Shown here: positions 39,885 through 52,055 of the stretch, one piece after another
Position numbering within the stretch: position 1 is the first letter of the stretch
How the letters are laid out: every line of letters starts with the position of its first letter
Source: Blastocystis sp. subtype 4
Taxonomy: Eukaryota
Assembly: GCF_000743755.1 (NCBI RefSeq)
Contig: NW_014569465.1
Span: 1-64,000, forward strand
Length of the DNA: 64,000 nt
Direction of reading: 5' to 3'
Notes under the pieces: generated by a model
Told to the model about the DNA's origin: nothing
What the model saw: only the letters and a program-made list of their open reading frames with translations
Databases searched by the model: none
Translations under genes and position numbers: made by a program

Positions 39885-40529
39885 TCACTCCTCAGCATCC
39901 ATCTTCTTGGTCGATTGCTCTCTTTCATACTCTTCCACAGCCGCTTTGGCCTTCAATGCTTCCTGAACCTACAAAATGTTAGTATGTATCGCGATTATGA
40001 CTCGATAACCTCCAAGTTTGACGCAAAAACGTCGTTGACTCGGGCTTTCTGAGAGAATGCTCTCTACCTTCGTCCAGAGGATGCCTTAAGGATCACGAGT
40101 AGGTGGAATGCAGAACGCGACCACCTCCACTCTATCGATCGCAAGCATACTAGCATACTGAACAACACTAGTCCTTGTTGCAATCGACACAACACAACAG
40201 TCACAAACCTACCTCTTCTTCTGTGGGATTCTTCACTTCCCAGGTTCTCTCGATAAAGGCAAATGGCTTGGAAGAGGATTTATTGGATACGACCTTATTC
40301 GATTCGAGAGCTTCGACCGGTGCCGTTCCTTCAATCACCATAGCAACAGTATCAGCCCCTATCGTGAAACCAATGCAGAAATCGAACCTGAAGGCTTGTT
40401 TAAGAACGTGTTCACAAGCAGACGCTTGTTGCACTCGTCCTGTCGCCTGTTTACAACAGGAACATAAACTTCTTGTCTCTTGATGGCACGAAACTTTCTC
40501 TTAATCTTGGAACGGACACTCTTAGCCAT
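39885..40529 (-). CDS. LLPH/LAPS18-like (DUF2423-like) small basic protein
   Basis: N-term MAKSVRSKIKRKFRAIKR. Confidence 0.65.
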
Positions 40530-40651
40530 TTCTCCAAAAAGAGTATGTGTAAGAGAATGAGGAATGGATGGTAGGGAGACGGGAAGCCAGATTCTCTGGA
40601 TTCCCGTAATTCTCGTTTCATGATTCTCTAAGAGAAAACATAGATTATCGA

Positions 40652-40971
40652 ATGAATTGTGCTCGTTCTTTGCTTAAAAGTACATCGAAGACGGTGGGAA
40701 GGCTGTATCGTCGAAACTTTAGTGAAACCGCTGTGCATAAGAACATCTGGATAGAAGAACATAATGGTATCAAGGAGGACCTTACGAACAGATTTGAGTG
40801 GAATGGAACCAATATTATGAATACCGTTATATTCCTTGGACTTATCCCTGGATTCATTTATCTCGTAGGAAAGGGAGCCCAGAACGTATTTATTTGTTCT
40901 ACATGGATAAGAAATAGAGAGAATATGAAACACCTGACAGAACGAAGCCCACTCCTGCGACCTTCCAATAA
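40652..40971 (+). CDS. Complex I accessory subunit NDUFB4 (B15)-like, with targeting presequence
   Basis: KNIWIEEHNGIKEDLTNRFEW plus one TM (VIFLGLIPGFIY); Arg/Ser-rich presequence; one 32-nt intron. Confidence 0.65.
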
Positions 40972-41022
40972 GGGAGTATTCTTGTTTACTGTATTGGATT
41001 GTTTGTGAAAGAACGAAACATA

Positions 41023-42338
41023 CTATTCTACAACGTGGGATCCATCTTCAACTGCCATTTCATCACTGTCTAAAAACGAGAGTGCATCTCCTTCTACTGT
41101 GTTTCCTGACGATAGTGTCTGCAGCAAGGTCATTTGATCACGAATCACTTCGTTTGCCTCTCGTAACAGACCACGAAGCTTTTCAGCCGAATAGCTTTCA
41201 TCAACATTCTCGATCTTTTGTAGCTGAGCTTCGAACTGCTCCAGTTTACTTTGTGCAAAGTCAATCACTTCCTGGCCACCTCCAAACAACGAAACGCATC
41301 CTAAAAATCATCCAAATCCCAATCGCTTACGCATCTGAGGGGTTGGATAAATTAGAGAGTCTTCGGTTCGTGGATAAACCTGTCGAATAGGTGTACTGTG
41401 GATATTGCGGAGTGCCTCACTCTCTCGATTCACCATTGTATTCATTATCTCCTGATTCGAGTGGATAACAGACTCCAACTCACTGATATGTTCACGTAAA
41501 GCTTGGGCCTCATGTTCATAGGAGTCATTCACCATCTCCTGAAACTCTTTTTGCACATCTACAGTTGTTGTCACGCATTCTTCCCCTCCAGTCATAAAGA
41601 CTCGACGTGAAGGAGATTGCTTGCTAAGTGAAGCTCCTAAGCGGTTTCGAAGAAGTGAATTTTCGTTCAATTGCTGTTTCAGTGTAACTGACTGTAGGTT
41701 GTATCTGTTCACTGCTTGGGTCGTGGTGATTCGAAGCTCTCGAATCTGTTGGTCCAAAGATGATCGGGCTTTCTTTAGCTCATTGATTTCTTTCTCCAGA
41801 CGTTGGGTTTCATGAACATTGGCTTCCTTGATCATGCGAATCTGTTTTTGCAACTGCTCCTTCTCTTGGTTCAAACGCTTTGAAATTAACTATGTGAATA
41901 GCTTACCTCACATTCAGAGTGCTGACGACGCACCTGAGCTCTTGACTAGACAATAAGAGATTGAATTGATAAAAACTTCTTCCAAATGTTTCTTCTGAAG
42001 TCTTATACGCTCCATCAGGTGATAAACAACATTCACACAAGTAGCAACATCACTAGGGGCATTACTTTGAAAATTAATACCAGATCCAATTCCTAGAAGC
42101 TGGAGTCTATCCAAATGAGAAATAACGAAAATACAAACCGTTCATTGACAAATAGAATACTCTGATCCAAGGTATCTTCTGTAGCAATTGTCAAGAATGA
42201 TGTTTCTGGAGCATCTACAGTATAAACAACGAGAAGAGATTCAGTACCCTGTGTTGTCGACAGAGTTGAATTGTTTTCTACATATCCGTAAGATTAATTC
42301 ACATAAGAACAATTCTTACCAAGTTGGGACGATTCCAT
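41023..42338 (-). CDS. Coiled-coil protein, afadin/alpha-actinin-binding (SSX2IP/Msd1)-like
   Basis: LQLLGI...CVNVVYHLM followed by long heptad repeats. Confidence 0.5.
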
Positions 42339-42659
42339 AGAAGAGCAACAAATGAAGCTAGGATCTACAGATGATTTAACAAGAAATGCAGAACGATAAG
42401 AGCAAAAAGGAAAGGACAAAAGGTAAACAACGAAATGATGGAAACAAACACGATTGGAAGAAGAGTAGATGGAAACAAACAAATCAAAAATGGAAATAGA
42501 ATACGAAAATGCGCATTAATAGTTAGGTTCTGTGAATCTAGCGTTATTCTATATCTTTAGACGAATAATATTAAGTGTACCTGATAGTATGGTTCATAAT
42601 GGAAACTCTTTTCATCGAGGAACATCAGATCACAAACATGCAGGAAAACAAACATAATA

Positions 42660-43075
42660 GTCATTGTTGCCTACAGTTCCAGTTAGAAATGTTGATACTG
42701 ATCAAATATACAGTTCCTACCCACATTGCCCACGTATCTCCAGCAAAACACGAGATGACTGTCATGCAGATGATAAAAGCAAGTGTAAGCTTCTGACGGA
42801 CGTTATCATACATGATAGCAGGATTTCCACAATGTAAGAGTGGCTAAAAAAGGAATCATAAAAGGTGGAAACTTTCCCTAGTTGACATTTATAGAGATTG
42901 TTTTCAATAGGTCTATCCAGATAGATTCCTGAAGGAGTCAGATGAATAATGGAGTGATAGCAACGTGATATGAGGGTGAATAGTGATTCCAATGAAAACT
43001 CTCTTAATAAATGAGAAAGGACAGAGTAAGTACTCTGATGGAGTCACTTCAAATGGTGTGATGCCAAATCCGTAC
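42660..43075 (-). CDS. Possible small hypothetical membrane protein
   Basis: Hydrophobic 3' exon (KLTLAFIICMTVISCFAG...) ending in TGA followed by TGTTTGTT; start unclear. Confidence 0.3.
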
Positions 43076-43255
43076 GTTCACAAATAACCTTGATAAATAA
43101 AACTCCGCACTCAAGAATAATAATTGATAACCCTGAGATTCGTTTCCACACAACTTTGCCTCACCACATTCAAACAATCTTTGTAACGATCAATTGTCTC
43201 TTGTAGGAACATTCTATTTCATTTGCCTCATCATTTTTAGCCCTATTTCTTGTGA

Positions 43256-44198
43256 ATGAGTGCTGCTAACGTTACCATTTTCACCGAACCTTTTGAATGG
43301 TATATGATCCGTAATGGTTATTTGGGACCTGAATACTCATCAAAGGTAGTGTCCATTGTCTTAGGACTGATTATGCTCATCTATGATGGAATTACACGCA
43401 AGCGATTCGATTACTTATGGTGTATGATAGTTGGAACTATCCTTTGGATTGTTTTGGAATGGTGTCTGCTTCAGTCAGGGGTTCGAGAGTATCAAGAAGG
43501 TTATTTAGGAGGCAAACTCCTTGGTTTCTGGCCTGCTTTGATTCTTCGTTGTGCTCAAGAATGTGGTTTCCTGATGGTTTGTACTCTCTTTGAGGGAGAT
43601 CGTCTGATGAACTGCATGAAGGGAAAGAAGGATGCTCCTAAGTCTTGGAGACGTTATTTGGAGCTTGCCGTTGTATTCCTTTTTATGACGATAAGTAGCT
43701 CATTCAATATGAAGGGTGGAGCAAAGGAGGAACGTTGGGTTGGTAGCAACGATGTATGTGGTCGTCGTAATATGACTCATATTGTCTCTGTCATCCTCTT
43801 CCTCATCACAACCATTGTTCCAATTATCCTTCTTATTGTATTCCGTAACAAGAAGTATTTTGTACGACGTACTATTGGTATGACGATTTTCGTCACTTGG
43901 ATTTCTGGCTTGGGAATGATTCTCGAATATAACTTTAACGCTCGTTGGGTCGAGGTAGGTTACTATCCGCAGTATGTTGCCCTTCCTTCAAGTGGTCATA
44001 TGTTCCTGGCCTTTGTTTATGACTTGGTCATTGAGGTCGTTGCACCTCCTGTATTCATCTACCATCTGATGGTGTTATGCTTTATCCTGCCCGACTTGAA
44101 GAATGATGACTATTACGAACAAAAGAAGGAGTTACCTATTTCTCAGGCACCTCCAGTTCAACCTTCTGTCCCTGTCTTTAATGGACCTCAGGACTTAT
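43256..44198 (+). CDS. Unknown ~7-TM membrane protein, copy 1 (314 aa, intronless)
   Basis: Paralogous to 44245-45195; stop predicted as T+AA at 44198, 4 nt before TGTTTGTT at 44203. Confidence 0.8.
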
Positions 44199-44202
44199 TC
44201 CT

Positions 44203-44210
44203 TGTTTGTT
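44203..44210 (+). promoter_or_regulatory. TGTTTGTT polyadenylation motif (representative + strand copy)
   Basis: Same motif at 5285, 6871, 13156, 36548, 37645, 47052 and 60864, near gene ends. Confidence 0.85.
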
Positions 44211-44244
44211 CAGAAAACGGCAATTTGGCCCAATTTACAATTCA

Positions 44245-45195
44245 ATGGACACTCGATTCGATAACCTCATCTACGACATCAATGAATTCAATACAACCAT
44301 TCTTGAGTATTCGTTTGACTGGTATATTATTCGGAATGAATCTTTGGGACCAAACTACGGTTTTGCAGTGATTTCATTACTAATAGCAGTTGCTATTATT
44401 TTCTATGATGAGTTCACACGGAAACGACTGGATTATGTTTGGTCATTTATCGTCGGTACTATTGTACATGCTGGAATTGAACTTATGTACCTAAATGCAG
44501 AGGCTGTAGAATATCAGGAAGGTAGTTTCTTGGGAAGATCTGTCCCTAAATGGCTCTCTGTGTTCCTTCGTTGTTCTCAAGAAGGTGGAGCTATTCTCAT
44601 TGTAGTTTTGTTTGAAGGAGATCGCGTTTTTGACTGTCTCAAGGGAAGACAGAAACGTCCGTTGGCTTGGCGACGATGGATTGAGGTTCTAGTCGTATTT
44701 ATTGCACACTCATTGGTGAGTTTCTGGTCGATGTATCAGAATCACCAAGAGCAACCCAATTTTGGAAGTCCTGATGTCTGCAGTCGACGCCTCGTAACAG
44801 GAACGAGTCAAGTTGCGGTATTCACGGTCATTTCTATTATTAGTCTTTTCTTGCTTCTACTCTGGAGGAAGAAACGATATGTACTCCATCGATCCCTCGG
44901 AATTCTTCTCTTCACTACATGGATAAGTGTATTTACGTATTGTATTGAGTACATCTACTTAATCCGATGGATTGAAGTCGGTTCGTATCCAGATGTGGTT
45001 GTCGTTCCTTCTAATGGTCAATTTCTTCTCGCATATTTGTACAGTATTATTGCTGAAGCTGTATTACCCATTTTGTTTATGTATCAGTTGATGGTACTTG
45101 TTTTCATTCTTTCGGATCTGTCAAAGGATGACTATTTCAGTTTACCAATTGGGAAAGAGATGGTCTTATCTGTAAAGTCTTCTATTAGTTTGTAG
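44245..45195 (+). CDS. Unknown ~7-TM membrane protein, copy 2 (intronless)
   Basis: Shares FDWYIIRN..LGP, TRKR.DY.W, YQEG, LRC.QE.G, LFEGDR, DVC.RR, RW.EVG.YP and DDY with copy 1. Confidence 0.8.
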   Translation: MDTRFDNLIYDINEFNTTILEYSFDWYIIRNESLGPNYGFAVISLLIAVAIIFYDEFTRKRLDYVWSFIVGTIVHAGIELMYLNAEAVEYQEGSFLGRSVPKWLSVFLRCSQEGGAILIVVLFEGDRVFDCLKGRQKRPLAWRRWIEVLVVFIAHSLVSFWSMYQNHQEQPNFGSPDVCSRRLVTGTSQVAVFTVISIISLFLLLLWRKKRYVLHRSLGILLFTTWISVFTYCIEYIYLIRWIEVGSYPDVVVVPSNGQFLLAYLYSIIAEAVLPILFMYQLMVLVFILSDLSKDDYFSLPIGKEMVLSVKSSISL

Positions 45196-45456
45196 TGATA
45201 TGTTTGATATGAATACACTTTCACGGTTCTTCTCTGTTTCGGTTTCGTGTCGGAGCTAATAGATCCCATATGTTCACATGTACACACATCCCATATATGG
45301 AGAGCATCGAGAATTGTAGTCTTCATATCTTTGAAAAACGAGGATATCCACTTAAACAAGTCTTTCTCAAATCTTGATTTTCTATCCTACAGATAGTACT
45401 CCATTTTCTCTACAACTCTATCCAGTCAGATTGTTTCAAACGAGATTCATCTACGA

Positions 45457-47023
45457 ATGGATCCCGATGATCAGAGAAAGCATCCAACAAGAAGAGCAAC
45501 GTTCGGTATGTTATAAAATCGGAATAAGATGTGTAGCGGAGTCTTCAGCAAAACGGCCTAAGTCGTTTATGGAATTATGTATCTGTGAATGGATATCCTG
45601 AGGTTCGTAGACAACAGTAACCAGTCGTGGAGAAAAGACTGGAACATCGGGGAGAGATATGTGATCCAGAAAATCCTTGGAAATGGAAGTTATGGAGATG
45701 TAGCAAAGGCAATTGATACTCAAACAAACGAGATTGTAATGGTAATTTTGAGTAGTCAGAAATAGGTGGCGATCAAGAAGATTGCTCACATGTTTGTCGA
45801 TGTAGAAGATACAAAACGTGTGTTGCGTGAAATTTACATCCTTCGACACTTGCACAGTCCGTTTATCGTTCGGTTGCGTGATGTCTTTGTTACCTCTTCA
45901 TTCAAAAGTGACAATACCTTGTACATCTATTGTAGATGTTTCATATAGATATATTGTGATGGACTATATGGAAACGGACCTCAATAAGGTCATTTCGAGT
46001 AATCAGTTCTTCGAAATTGATCATGTTCGATATATCATCTATCAGACTTTGTGTGGTTTGCTGTATATGCACTCAGCAGGCATCATCCATCGAGACATCA
46101 AACCTGCTAATATTCTGTTAAATGAAGTAATAATATCAAGTTTATATCACTATAGGATGTTTCTGTAAAGATCTGTGATTTTGGAATGGCTCGGGATTTA
46201 CCACCATCTCTTCCTCAGAGTACTAAACCACAAGGAACGGGGCGGGACGCTTCGGGTTCCTCTCTCCAGCCTCGGATGACTCTTTCTCTGGCTGACTCTC
46301 CCAGTCCAGCTCAGTCGCCACTTCAACGCACTATGACACGTCATGTGGTGACTCGTTACTATCGGTCACCTGAGCTGTTAGTTCTGGGCAACTACCACCA
46401 AGGAGTGGATGTATGGTCAACAGGTTGTATTACTGCCGAGTTACTGCAAATGCTTCAGGTGAATCAAGCTGATTACCATTTGCGACAACCTCTTTTCCCA
46501 GGCAAGTACTCATCACTCTCGCCTCGCAATTCGTCCCCCACCACATATATTTCAGCAGATATCGAACTGAAAGAAGATGATCAGATCTGTACAATATGTT
46601 CAGTGCTAGGTCGTCCTCCAGACTCGTTCCTCCAGAAGGTCCAGATGGAACAGGTACGAAAGACACTGGAGAGCTATTCCAATCAAGTAGGATTTCGAAG
46701 GGACTCCAATACGTAGACTGTTCAGTGGTCACAGCGGTTTCATTACATCCCATCAGACCTCAGCGATCTCTTATCTAAGATGTTAGTAGGATGAGTTGTA
46801 GAGATATGACAACTAGGACTTTGAGGAGTCAACACGGATTACTACCAAAAAAGCGTTGGAACATCCTTTCTTCGACTGTATTCGTGATCTGGGGATTGAA
46901 CTTGAATGTGAAGTTCCCATCAATTGGCAGCGATTGAAGGACTTAAGTTCGATGGACCTGCAACAGATGATGGATTTTCTAAAGGAAGAACTGGAGCTTT
47001 GGGATCATCAACGCTCAGAATAA
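45457..47023 (+). CDS. Atypical MAP kinase with T-R-H activation motif
   Basis: [60 protein letters not shown]. Confidence 0.92.
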
Positions 47024-47137
47024 GTGTCGATAATGAACGCAATGCTAAAGTTGTTTGTTCCAATTGAATATACACGCATAAACGACAACCAACGTAATGA
47101 CGAACAAACACAGAATCGATCCACCAATCTCCTCTTC

Positions 47138-47733
47138 TTATGCAGTGAGGATGCAGGCACCTCCAGCAGCCTTGATCTTCTTCTCAGCCTATTCCATCAT
47201 TTTTCATCTCAAAACACACAATGCTACTGATGAACTTCGTCTTCACAATGATAGGTCTGTCGATATGACCTCTGCCCAGAAGCTTGAACACTCCATGCTG
47301 AGTCAAATCAATCATAGGAGCCTTCGATGTGTCCTTAGCAGCCTGTTCTCTCACCTCAGCGGGAACCAGACTCCACACCTCATCCAAGTTCATCGTGGGA
47401 CAGTACATAGCCTCACGGTTCAGATGGAAGTGTCTCATACCGACCTTTCCGAAGTAACCAGGATGGCTAGTAACATCAACACCTCTTCATAAATACTTAC
47501 AACTTATCGAAAAGGATACGAGCATGGAGCAAACCTCCAGCCTTACCACGTCCAGAAGGATGGCAACGATGCTTTCCGATACGACCATGTCCTGCACTAA
47601 CATGACCTCTAGCCTTTCTGTTCTTGCTAAATCTAGTAGGCTACAAATCGTTAGTCCCTTTCTCCTTCAATTTCACTTCAAATAGGCTGGTACTGCAGAA
47701 ACATAGTTTGTACAATCACTAAAAACGTACCAT
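47138..47733 (-). CDS. RPL27A: 60S ribosomal protein L27a (uL15)
   Basis: [55 protein letters not shown]. Confidence 0.97.
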
Positions 47734-47916
47734 ATTGAATCAAGGTGAATCCGATAATCCTGGTATCGTTTGAGTCCAACGAATGCAATGGTCGCAATAA
47801 GATTGTATTTCGACGACTACATCAAACGAAAGCAACAAAGAATATTACTCAACAAACAGTCGAAACACCGAATTATCTTCTTCCTTTCATCTTATAGGAC
47901 GAATCGCGGATAACGA

Positions 47917-48499
47917 TTATGTATGAGGTTTCTCCTTCTTTCCACGGAACAGAGCGAGGAGAGAGGTCTTGGAAACACACACAACCTTGAAACGGACTCC
48001 CGGAATATCACCAACAGCGTGACCAGAACGACCGAATCCAGCAATCAGAACCTCGTCGTTCTCGTCCACAAAGTTCAGACAACCATCACGAGGAACGAAA
48101 GCGGTGATCTTCTTTCCATTCTTGATCAACTGAACACGGACGCACTTACGAATAGCTGAATTGGGCTGCTTAGCTTCTACTCCACTATCCATCATCTAAA
48201 TTTGTCCAACACCTACACCTTTTCAAGAACAATACCCTTAGCCATAGTGGCTCCTCCAAGGACGTTAGCCTTAATTGAGGAAATGTTGTGTCCCTTCTTG
48301 TAAGTCTAGACAATTAAAAGGTCTTCCAGAAGCAATCACCTTATCAGCCCATCTTTCGTTGCGACGAACCACACGAAGCTTACGAGCAGCACGAATACCA
48401 CAAGGTTTACTATTTTAGGATGGTTAGGAATTCGAACATGAGAATCCGATTCAAATCAGCCACGAGAAGCGAGGAATCAACTACCTACCCCTTACCCAT
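47917..48499 (-). CDS. RPS23: 40S ribosomal protein S23 (uS12)
   Basis: [50 protein letters not shown]. Confidence 0.98.
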
Positions 48500-48782
48500 T
48501 CTTGTTAGACGCGATTAACTTGAAGAAGAATAATCTCTAAGGAAAACAACAAAATGGATCTAGATTCAATCTATTAAGAAGAAAATAGAGATTTCCTAAT
48601 CTGGCCCAGATTCGATAATGTATCGGTTTATGTATGAAGAAGGATGATATTCAACATAGCAATCTATTCAACACACCATTTAATTGTAATAGATGGAATT
48701 ACAAGAGAATAGAAGAAACACAATGATCAGTGTAATTGACTCTTGAAATCGATTCTACAAACGATAGTCACCATTCTCACAA

Positions 48783-50050
48783 ATGCTTTTTCTGTACTTA
48801 CTATCGGCTGTATTCGCCTATGTTTCTTATATGATGATCCTTATAACCTGTAGACAACTACTGTGAATTCATATACACCTGATGAGGTGTTGAAAATGAA
48901 TAGTGAAAGTGATGTGGTGGTTATTATGTTTTATGCGACAGTAGTTGGTTGGTAAAACGAAATCAGTTGTAGTGGTGTTCTCATTGTAAACGGTATACAC
49001 CTACATTTCAGCAAATTGCCAATTCATTTACGGATTTGTAGGTCATCTGGATTCGGACTATTGACACCTAGTCCTAGAATCAGGTTTGGAAGAGTCAATT
49101 GCGTCGAATATAATCAATTTTGTAAAGACAATCTCGTTTTGGGATATCCGAGTCTTTCTATCTTCACTTCTGAGAGAAAAATGGGTTTCCCATATGATGG
49201 TCCTCGTGATGCTCCTCATGTTGTATCTTATATTGCTTATACAGCAAGTAGAAGTCGATAGAATAGTGATAATATAGATGTTACAACAATGGTGGCTGTT
49301 CCAGTGGAATTGGTAACTCCAATTGCTCCAAACCAATTTTTGACTCTTCTCGAAGACCAAACTCAAACAAATGTCCTTCTTATATGGCGAGCGACCGATT
49401 CAAACGATCGAGCAGTTGAAATGATTAAACATCTTGCTTACTTGTATTTGGTAGATCCTTCAGTAAACTTCCATTATCTCCTGTATTCACCAACTCTGTC
49501 AGCTGCTCTCACCATTGATCGTTTTCCCGCAATTGTAATTCTAACTCGAGGTGAAGTATTCCAGTATGAATACGAAGTCGAAAGGATTGGAGTCACTTAT
49601 CTCGAAGAGGAGGAGGACGAAGAAGAGGAGGAAGAGGAAGAAACACAACCTGAAGAGCTACCAGAGCCTCAGATGCTGGAATCGGGTGTGCTGAGCCTTA
49701 TTAATGATCTGACTGGAAATGCACTCAATAGTCAGGGTTCTTCAGTTTGGTTCCCTGGATATGTTTCATCAATGGTAAAGCTACTCAAGTCAGTCCATGC
49801 GTATGACAGAGCAACATTAGATGCCATTCAAAAGGCAATCAAAGCAATTCCGGATTCCGATCAACAAAAGATCTATCAGTCTGTTTATGATCTTCTTCTC
49901 ACGAAGGGATCGAAGGGTATTTGGAAGGAATGGAGGCGAGCATTTGATGAATCACGTAAACAGGACGATGAAGATCAAATTGTATATAAAAACGTTTTGC
50001 GATTATTTGCAAAGGATTTTGATGTAGAATTTGAGAATGAGGAATTGTGA
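48783..50050 (+). CDS. ER protein disulfide isomerase/thioredoxin-family protein
   Basis: Signal peptide, MFYAT-WCSHCK, GYPSL, second inactive Trx fold, C-terminal NEEL. Confidence 0.85.
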
Positions 50051-50176
50051 TCCATTTTTGTTTTTTTGTTGCCCCAAATCCGGCCCAATTTTGTTTGTAG
50101 AAGAAGATTATTATAGAATCTCACGTTTAGCATCTAGATTCCTTTAGAAACTCTATTTATCGTCAGGTTGATCGTT

Positions 50177-51193
50177 ATGAGTGTTCGTAAAGCTCCATCA
50201 GCCAAGTATAGTGCCTTGTCGTCTGCTTGTGCATCAACCTTTTCGCAACTTGTCATGGTTCCTTGTGAAACTATCAAAGTGCAGTTGCAAGTAAGCGACA
50301 TTATTAACCCTTTGATTTAGTTATTCCAAAAGGTTTCTGCAAAAGGAGAAAGTGTTTTAGGAAAATCTATTAAGGCTATCTATCGAATTGAGGTATTGGG
50401 TCTTATTCCATTTCAATATAGGGAATTCGAGGTTTCTGGAGGGGATATTTCGTTTCTTTATCCTGCAGTATCCCATCGTGTGCTATCTACTATTCAACGT
50501 TTGAGACACTGCGTCGTTATGCTTACAGTTATTGTGAAAATCATCCAAAGTTGCTATTCTGTGATTCTACGATTCTAGATGGATTCCCTTTGTTCCTGCC
50601 ATCACAAGCAGTTGTGCGCAGGTTGTTACATGTCTCGCAACTTCTCCGATTGACCGAATTCGAACCCAGTACTGGGCAAAGTAAGTTTGGAGGATGGTAT
50701 ATCATCAAGTCGTTCCCAGCCTCTGCGTCTCCTTTTACACAACACTATGGAGGAAGCACGTGTACATGGTTTCACTTCTCTTTATCACGGTTTGCGTCCA
50801 CTCCTTCTTCGGGACATCTGCTTCTCTTCTGTATATTGGAGTGTCTATGAGCATCTGCGGAATGCTACTGCATCGCTCAACATTTCGCCAGTTCTCCAGA
50901 ATCTGGTAGCAGCCTCGATGGGCGGAATCATGACATCAGCTGCGGTAACACCGTTTGATCTGGTAAAAACACGGCAGCAAGTGTTACATACGCGGGAGCC
51001 CATTTTGCAGAGTTTGCGAATGATCGAAAAGGAGGAAGGAATTCGAGGGTTATTTAGAGGGCTCACTCCGCGTGTGGTGCAGACGATCCCATCAATGTCT
51101 GTTATGATGATTGTTTATGATGGTCTGAATCGACTCATCTTACAACGACAGACTTCTGTAGTTCCTGAGTTGTTGTTTCTTTGTTTTGATTAA
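50177..51193 (+). CDS. Mitochondrial carrier (SLC25), SLC25A39/40-like
   Basis: PCETIKVQLQ, PIDRIRTQ, PFDLVKTRQQ carrier signatures; LLLRDICFSSVYW. Confidence 0.88.
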
Positions 51194-51286
51194 AGGAACC
51201 ACAAAATGAAACCTTTCTTAAATATATCTCCAAAGCAACTTCGTTCCACACCTAACATCATATAACTTCTTTCGAACAAACAACGC

Positions 51287-51889
51287 ACTGTCGAGGTGGG
51301 AGTATCTTCTCCGTTGCCTTGCACTTGGGACAAACATAACTGTGAGATCGCTCTGCCAGAATGCGAATTTCATTCTCAGGAGTCTCGATAGAACCAATGG
51401 CTCCCGGAGTGGGAATAGGAAACATACTAATAACAGCCTGGAGAATCTTTTCAACTAAGAGTTACAAAAGGTTAGAAAGAGGACAATTCCACGAAGGGAC
51501 CCATTCATCTTTATGAAACGAAGTGATGGTCAGACAAATCTTCTTGTTAATTACAAACCGACCATTTTCCTAGAACTGAAGCCTGTGATCGACATCGTAC
51601 TGTTAAAAAGTATATATCTGGAGGACTCATTGGCCAATTAGAAGGAAGTATAATCTTTCCATGATAAATACCGTTCTCGTAAGGAGTATCAATTGGACCA
51701 CGAATTGTAAAGTGCCATTCAAATAAATTTCCCTACTCCATTAATCCATCTTATCCTAACTTACAGGAAGTGGAGCAGCAGTAAATTCGGGACTATTATT
51801 ACGACGCATCTTTTGAATGTCCTACTCTGATGAATCGAAAATCCTATGTTTACGTTATTAATTCGTCCCATTGTAATGGCGTTTGGCAT
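51287..51889 (-). CDS. Ubiquitin-conjugating enzyme E2, UBE2J/Ubc6 class
   Basis: NLFEWHFTIRGP, YHGKI, NGRF..NKKICLTITSFHKDEWVPSW; stop predicted as T+AA at 51287. Confidence 0.9.
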
Positions 51890-52055
51890 GATTGACAAGA
51901 ATGATTTGTAGTAAGAATGAATTGATTTGTATCTTGGACACTTAAAACGAAAGAGATGTAGAGAGAAATGATTACTTCCAACTCCTAAGATACCGAAATT
52001 GGGAGTATTTTAGTCAGTACTGTCAATGAATCGAAACGAAAAAGATTCTGGTAGA

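Noticed and set aside
44206..44371. Overlapping ORFs suggesting a programmed frameshift or fusion
   Set aside because: Better explained by two paralogues, with a poly(A)-created stop at 44198 and an ATG at 44245
47024..47070. Poly(A)-created stop for the MAPK at motif 47052
   Set aside because: The conserved frame already ends at TAA 47021-47023, so this is a short normal 3' UTR
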